Below, in pieces: positions 5,789-9,134 of a stretch of 9,134 nt of DNA. Source of the stretch: Candidatus Woesearchaeota archaeon. GTDB taxonomy: Archaea; Nanobdellota; Nanobdellia; Nanobdellales; Nanobdellaceae. Location: positions 1-9,134 of the forward strand of contig CAYXSZ010000043.1 in NCBI GenBank assembly GCA_964468425.1, in the 5' to 3' direction. The position numbers and the translations under genes were made by a program. Position 1 is the stretch's first letter. Every line of letters starts with the position of its first letter. The notes under the pieces were generated by a model that worked only from the letters and a program-made list of their open reading frames with translations, made no database searches and was not told the DNA's origin.

Positions 5789-5820
5789 GGGCAAATACTG
5801 TTTTGATATAGTTATGCTCT

Positions 5821-6468
5821 ATGGAGGGCAAGCTCTTGATGAAAACTGCTGAGAAACTAGAAAAGTATCGATACAACCTAGCAGTAGCGTTTATGTGGCC
5901 CACCATAGCAATGATAGTAATAGGATTCTTGCTAACGTTTATAGGACTTATAGAGTTGTTTTCACTGCCAAGCTCGCTGTATTTATTGATGGCGTTTCTG
6001 ATATTTTCATCGTGTTTTGTTGTAGGGGGCTTATATTGGACAAAAATTTTTAAGTATCAAGTAGGAACGAGAAAGACTCATGGAGGGGCTATCTTTATAC
6101 TATCGTCGTTGCCATTCATAGTAGCGTACTTCGTAGTTCCCCTTCTCGTAGAGGTATCCTCGCTGTACTACAGCACTGTTTGGTACATATGTCTAGCTCT
6201 CTATCACGCTTTAAATGCAGCATTCGTTGAAGGAAAGCTAGATCTTCTGGTGACGAGACCTATGAAGCTAACAGCCATCTTAATGCTGGCAACATCACCC
6301 TTACCGTTGTATCTAAACAGTATTCAAATGGAACCGTCGGGAGTTCTCTATGCATCTTTGTTATTAACTGGTTTGACGCTACTGATTTACTTGATAGTGA
6401 GTTTGTGGGTCGTGATAAAGGCAGAAGCTGTTATTTATCGTAGCGACAATGAAAATAGAGCTGGATGA
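5821..6468 (+). CDS. Hypothetical polytopic membrane protein (about 6 predicted TM helices), no family recognised
   Basis: 215-aa ORF made almost entirely of hydrophobic helices (IAMIVIGFLLTFIGLIELF, LYLLMAFLIFSSCFVVGGLYW, AIFILSSLPFIVAYFVVPLLV and others). It overlaps the downstream wHTH gene by 20 nt. Met7 (ATG 5839) is an alternative start that fits better with the TTTTGATATAG box at 5801-5811. Confidence 0.7.
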   Translation: MEGKLLMKTAEKLEKYRYNLAVAFMWPTIAMIVIGFLLTFIGLIELFSLPSSLYLLMAFLIFSSCFVVGGLYWTKIFKYQVGTRKTHGGAIFILSSLPFIVAYFVVPLLVEVSSLYYSTVWYICLALYHALNAAFVEGKLDLLVTRPMKLTAILMLATSPLPLYLNSIQMEPSGVLYASLLLTGLTLLIYLIVSLWVVIKAEAVIYRSDNENRAG

Positions 6469-6742
6469 TAACATAGTCCATCCGAAGCGGCTTGTCATCA
6501 TGACGCTTCTTTTTGTTTTTAAGGAAATGAGAGAATCCGACTTGCAGAGAGCTACTGGCTTTTCGTGGGGTATGTTGAGCACCCACCTAAAAAAGCTCGA
6601 AGAGAGCGGTTATATAAAAAGAGTTAAGAAGCTAACTAGAAATGGAACGGCAACCATTGTAAAAATTACGGATAAAGGATATGCTCAATATTTAAAAGAA
6701 AAAGAAAAACTCGAGAACCTGTTCGATAAACAGAAAGTCTAA
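6449..6742 (+). CDS. Winged-helix transcriptional regulator (HTH_34 / ArsR-MarR-like)
   Basis: 97-aa ORF. HPKRLVIMTLL....MRESDLQRATGFSWGMLSTHLKKLEESGYIKRVKK...GTATIVKITDKGYAQY follows the H..RL.IM..L.....F..L......T.GNLS.HL..LE.AGY......F......T...LT..G..A pattern of PF13601-type wHTH proteins, as I recall it. Confidence 0.8.
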   Translation: MKIELDDNIVHPKRLVIMTLLFVFKEMRESDLQRATGFSWGMLSTHLKKLEESGYIKRVKKLTRNGTATIVKITDKGYAQYLKEKEKLENLFDKQKV

Positions 6743-6764
6743 TCTATATGCTTTTGTTTGAATT

Positions 6765-6849
6765 CGCCGCGGCGGGGATTCGAACCCCGGTGGGCTGCGA
6801 ACCCATCCGGTCTCAAGCCGGACCCCTTGGTCCGCTCGGGCACCGCGGC
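6765..6849 (-). tRNA. tRNA-Ser (anticodon UGA), 85 nt, class II with a long variable arm
   Basis: Minus-strand sequence GCCGCGG-UG-CCCG-AGCGGACCA-AGGG-G-UCCGG-CUUGAGA-CCGGA-UGGGUUCGCAGCCCAC-CGGGG-UUCGAAU-CCCCG-CCGCGGC-G. It has U33, anticodon UGA, a 16-nt variable arm and discriminator G, all typical of tRNA-Ser. Confidence 0.93.
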
Positions 6850-6869
6850 TTATTTTATAGTGGAAATTA

Positions 6870-6880
6870 ATTTATATTAA
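6870..6880 (-). promoter_or_regulatory. Candidate TATA box (TTAATATAAAT on the minus strand) for tRNA-Ser
   Basis: Centred about 26 nt upstream of the tRNA 5' end at 6849, which is the canonical archaeal TATA-to-TSS spacing. Confidence 0.45.
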
Positions 6881-7129
6881 GTTTAGGCTTGGCAAGAGTA
6901 TTCACTAAAAATTTTTTGCTGAATCTCAAAATTATGAGTAAGGCGCAACCTATGATAAACTAATTAAGAGGTTAAGCTAAAACTGTTTGATGCGTTTTAG
7001 GTTTTTGAAGAGAACAAGTCTTATAATCATATAGAAGAAATTTAGGAGCGAGATTGGTACTTCTTAGATGAAATTTTAGTTGGACGATACCTTAACTATA
7101 GGTTAACATTTCACTTCAAATGTCAGAAA

Positions 7130-7882
7130 TTATATATAGTCTACGATTACGTGTCTTAAATTTTTGATACCTTCGATTAAATTAGCCGGATATATACTCT
7201 CAAGGATTAATGGGGTCTTCTTTAGATTTATCTTTCCTAACGCCTCTCCAACGACGAACCAATTGATATCCCCATATCCTGGAAGCATTTGAAGGTCGTC
7301 CCCAATTCTTGCGTCTGCAATGTGAAAAATTGCTATAGAATCTCTAAATTCCTTAATAACCCTAGCTAATCTTTTTGAATCTCCATTCCATAAGAAGAAG
7401 TGGGAAGTATCTAAACATAGTTTAATTTCGGGAAGGTCCTCGAGTAGTTTTCTAAAATCATTCTCATCCCTGAGAAATAAATTATCTTCTGGTTTGTTTT
7501 CTATAGCTAGTTCTATTCCGTAGTCCTCTGATATCCTAACAGCTTTCTTAAGGATCTCTAGGCTCTCTCGGTAAAGTTCTCTTCTTGTGGGGTGAATAAG
7601 AGCGATGTTACTCTCAAGTTTATATGTATTTTCAAGAGTTTCTTTTATTAAATCAAGGGAATATTTGCTTTTTCCAGGATCCTCTCTTGCGGGAAATAGT
7701 CCATGGACATAATATTCTAAATCTAAACTTTCTTTTAGATCTTTTAAGCGTTTAATTTCTTCTTCAGAGACCTCCGAGTAAATCGGAGATATCATTATAT
7801 AATCTGTAACTCGAGCCAAAAGCTCTATAGCGCTAACTAGTGGAACGCTTTTATAATAAATTGTAGCTACTCCAACTTTCAT
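7130..7882 (-). CDS. Xylose isomerase-like TIM-barrel protein (AP endonuclease family 2 fold; sugar phosphate isomerase/epimerase or Endo IV-like)
   Basis: 250-aa ORF starting at ATG 7882. The blocks IALIHPT, IELAIENKPE, LCLDTSHFFLWNGD and IFHIADAR...LPGYGDINW correspond to the metal-ligand blocks (H, E, D..H, H.D) of PF01261-type TIM barrels. The specific activity cannot be assigned. Confidence 0.75.
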   Translation of the reverse strand: MKVGVATIYYKSVPLVSAIELLARVTDYIMISPIYSEVSEEEIKRLKDLKESLDLEYYVHGLFPAREDPGKSKYSLDLIKETLENTYKLESNIALIHPTRRELYRESLEILKKAVRISEDYGIELAIENKPEDNLFLRDENDFRKLLEDLPEIKLCLDTSHFFLWNGDSKRLARVIKEFRDSIAIFHIADARIGDDLQMLPGYGDINWFVVGEALGKINLKKTPLILESIYPANLIEGIKNLRHVIVDYI

Positions 7883-7903
7883 ATTTATTTTTCATAGATG
7901 GGA

Positions 7904-7910
7904 ATATAAA
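7904..7910 (-). promoter_or_regulatory. Candidate TATA box (TTTATAT on the minus strand) for the TIM-barrel gene
   Basis: Lies in the 32-nt gap between the tRNA-Asn 3' end (7915) and ATG 7882, centred about 25 nt upstream of the ATG. This implies a leaderless mRNA. Confidence 0.4.
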
Positions 7911-7914
7911 TTTT

Positions 7915-7999
7915 CGCCGCCGCGGGGATTCGAACCCCGGACCTGCCGGTTTCTGCGAGTTCTTAACAGCCGGCCGCTCTACCGCTAAGCTACGGCGGC
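7915..7999 (-). tRNA. tRNA-Asn (anticodon GUU) with a 13-nt intron at the canonical 37/38 position; mature length 72 nt
   Basis: Minus-strand sequence GCCGCCG-UA-GCUU-AGCGGUA-GAGC-G-GCCGG-CUGUUA[AGAACUCGCAGAA]A-CCGGC-AGGUC-CGGGG-UUCGAAU-CCCCG-CGGCGGC-G. All four stems pair perfectly only when the bracketed 13 nt are removed. Confidence 0.9.
7951..7963 (-). other. tRNA-Asn intron (13 nt, AGAACUCGCAGAA); boundaries ambiguous by about 1 nt because of flanking A residues
   Basis: Exon nt CUGU (positions 32-35) can pair with intron GCAG to give a 4-bp helix. That helix is flanked by 3-nt bulges UA|A and AA|A on opposite strands, a bulge-helix-bulge arrangement with both splice sites after the second bulge nucleotide. 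Confidence 0.7.
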
Positions 8000-8015
8000 A
8001 ATAAAAAGTTTGATT

Positions 8016-8031
8016 AAGAAAAATTAAAAAA
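8016..8031 (-). terminator. Oligo-T element TTTTTTAATTTTTCTT 4 nt after the archaellin stop; also lies about 25 nt upstream of tRNA-Asn (possible dual terminator/TATA-like role)
   Basis: Archaeal termination commonly occurs at oligo-T tracts. An identical 16-mer recurs after the second archaellin gene (8926-8941). Confidence 0.4.
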
Positions 8032-8035
8032 GGTT

Positions 8036-8875
8036 TTATTTGGCCCAGATATCAAGTACGGGTGCTTGTAACACGGACGGGACAACCCCATCTACCTGGG
8101 TTACATATCCATTCTTTGGTATGATTTGAATAGCGTATTTCTCCTCAGGCACCAATGGTCTTTCTAATAACATAGCCCACTCGTAAATTTCTCCGGAGTC
8201 TATATACATGTTTTGATTTTTCATAGTAAGCGCTATTAAGATTGATGGTGTAGTTACTCCATAATCTCTCATCTCTTCGAGGGCTTTAAATACTTCTTGT
8301 ATATCTAGAGGCTCTGCGATCTTCGATGCGTTAAGCTTTACGTGACAAGGTGCTACGGAACTGTCTGAGACTACATAAGTATTGTTATAAAGTTTAGAAC
8401 AGACAGCAGAATCTGTGATTGTATAACCCGTTGTTGTAGATTCTACGCTGTTGTTGTATATAAAACCCGTGATTAAAACCTTTCCTCCTTCAAGCTTTCC
8501 GTGAAGAGCTACAGGTATTGTAGACTTGAGTGTAATTGAGTAGAAGTCTTCCTTTTCTGTAGAGATTAACACAGTAATTGCATTAAAGTTTATTGGATTT
8601 GACCCTGACATCAACCTTATCAGCGGTGCAACTGCGGTTACCTTTTGCAACTTTTGATCTAAGATTCCTGAAGATGTATTGAATTGATATCCTAGAACAC
8701 GGATAGCTTCTAAACCAGTGCTAACTCTTTGTTTTGCTTGAGCTCCTGTCTGCAAAGCTTGTTGCTGCATTGTTTGCGTTGTGTAAATGATAACTCCAGC
8801 TGCTACCGCTGCTGTCACGATCAACGCTATGAAGATTATCAAGGTTGTAAGACCAAACTGGCTTCTGCTCATCAT
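8036..8875 (-). CDS. arlB: Archaellin (archaeal flagellin, FlaB/ArlB family)
   Basis: 279-aa ORF. The N-terminus MMSRSQFGLTTLIIFIALIVTAAVAAGVIIYTTQTMQQQALQTGAQAKQRVSTGLEAIRV matches the archaellin class III signal peptide plus the conserved hydrophobic N-terminal domain (GIGTLIVFIAMVLVAAVAA.VLI.T.G.LQQKA..TG). It carries several N-x-S/T sequons. Confidence 0.9.
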   Translation of the reverse strand: MMSRSQFGLTTLIIFIALIVTAAVAAGVIIYTTQTMQQQALQTGAQAKQRVSTGLEAIRVLGYQFNTSSGILDQKLQKVTAVAPLIRLMSGSNPINFNAITVLISTEKEDFYSITLKSTIPVALHGKLEGGKVLITGFIYNNSVESTTTGYTITDSAVCSKLYNNTYVVSDSSVAPCHVKLNASKIAEPLDIQEVFKALEEMRDYGVTTPSILIALTMKNQNMYIDSGEIYEWAMLLERPLVPEEKYAIQIIPKNGYVTQVDGVVPSVLQAPVLDIWAK

Positions 8876-8895
8876 TTAGTAGTTATGACACCTAC

Positions 8896-8907
8896 TTATA
8901 TAAAAAA
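8896..8907 (-). promoter_or_regulatory. Candidate TATA box (TTTTTTATATAA on the minus strand) for archaellin gene 8036-8875
   Basis: Ends 20 nt upstream of ATG 8875, with its core centred at about -25. This is consistent with a leaderless or near-leaderless transcript. Confidence 0.45.
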
Positions 8908-8925
8908 GTTTGCTTATCTTTGGAA

Positions 8926-8941
8926 AAGAAAAATTAAAAAA
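8926..8941 (-). terminator. Oligo-T element TTTTTTAATTTTTCTT 7 nt after the stop of the upstream (partial) archaellin gene
   Basis: Exact 16-nt copy of the element at 8016-8031, in the same position relative to a stop codon. Confidence 0.4.
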
Positions 8942-8948
8942 CGAAACT

Positions 8949-9134
8949 TTATGGATATAGCTTTACGACCGGATCTTTGATTACTGTAGGCGCTCTAAAT
9001 CTTATCTCAGTACTCATACCAGTTCTTGTTACGATCTTTACAGTTACAGGCATCTCTTCCTTAATTGCATGAGAAGAGTTTAGTTTTATTACAACAGTAT
9101 ACAATTCTCCAGGGGATAATATATTGACATATCC
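8949..9134 (-). CDS. arlB: Second archaellin paralog, C-terminal 61 codons only (5' part lies outside the window)
   Basis: The minus-strand frame is open from the window edge to TAA at 8951-8949. Translation: GYVNILSPGELYTVVIKLNSSHAIKEEMPVTVKIVTRTGMSTEIRFRAPTVIKDPVVKLYP*. It aligns by eye with the C-terminus of the adjacent archaellin (DSGEIYEWAMLLERPLVPEEKYAIQIIPKNGYVTQVDGVVPSVLQAPVLDIWAK). It is absent from the ORF track because it has no start in the window. Confidence 0.7.
   Translation of the reverse strand, partial: GYVNILSPGELYTVVIKLNSSHAIKEEMPVTVKIVTRTGMSTEIRFRAPTVIKDPVVKLYP

Noticed and set aside
5837-5851. UGAUGA (5837-5842) followed by CUGA (5848-5851), resembling C and D boxes of an archaeal C/D sRNA
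   Set aside because: The boxes are only 5 nt apart, there are no C'/D' boxes or terminal stem, and the segment lies inside the start of a CDS. It is a coincidental match.
6379-6582. 67-aa minus-strand ORF spanning the membrane-protein/wHTH junction
   Set aside because: It is antisense to two well-supported overlapping CDSs, with no motif and atypical composition.
5614-6867. GTGGAAAT 8-mers (5614-5621 and 6860-6867) read as origin recognition boxes marking a replication origin
   Set aside because: There are only half-site-like matches. The full ORB dyad, the G-rich tail and an adjacent orc1/cdc6 gene are all missing. I keep it only as a low-probability alternative within the spacer finding.
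8729-8980. 83-aa plus-strand ORF antisense to the archaellin N-terminus and the inter-archaellin spacer
   Set aside because: It overlaps the most conserved part of the archaellin gene in antisense and runs through promoter and terminator sequence. Its translation is Cys-rich and atypical.
1-9134. Search for CRISPR arrays, transposases/IS ends, integrases, toxin-antitoxin or other defence modules
   Set aside because: I found no regularly spaced direct repeats and no ORF with recognisable nuclease, integrase or transposase motifs. The only repeats are the short motifs reported above and tRNA-derived similarity.

Overview
This is a compact, AT-rich archaeal chromosomal window, roughly one-third G+C by eye. 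It holds three tRNA genes whose stems are almost entirely G:C. That contrast suggests a thermophile with a reduced, tightly packed genome (inference; no organism can be named from the sequence alone).

Features I can support:
- The 3' end of proS.
- A minus-strand cluster: SPOUT/DUF171 methyltransferase, CYTH protein, and a signal-peptide membrane protein.
- A small-multidrug-export-family membrane protein.
- A minus-strand cluster: a mini uL29-like ORF (absent from the ORF track), aIF1/SUI1, RNase P Rpp29 and AlaX.
- rpoN.
- A 67-aa wHTH protein.
- tRNA-Pro(UGG).
- A polytopic membrane protein overlapping an HTH_34-type wHTH regulator.
- tRNA-Ser(UGA).
- A xylose-isomerase-like TIM-barrel protein.
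- An intron-containing tRNA-Asn(GUU).
- Two tandem archaellin genes. The second is partial and absent from the ORF track.

I see no CRISPR array, transposase, integrase, or recognisable defence or toxin genes, and no convincing multi-gene novel system.

The most unexplained sequence lies in two long non-coding spacers (5499-5820 and 6850-7129). Elsewhere in the window genes sit 0-76 bp apart or overlap. The first spacer carries a dense TGGAAA-core motif array and twin TTCC-TT-GGA dyads, upstream of the membrane-protein/wHTH pair.

Secondary points of interest:
- A 42-codon uL29-like ORF.
- A Cys-to-Asp change in the AlaX zinc motif.
- Head-to-head genes with start codons about 10 nt apart.
- A duplicated archaellin unit with a conserved T-rich 3' flank.

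All family assignments come from reading motifs by eye and need database confirmation.
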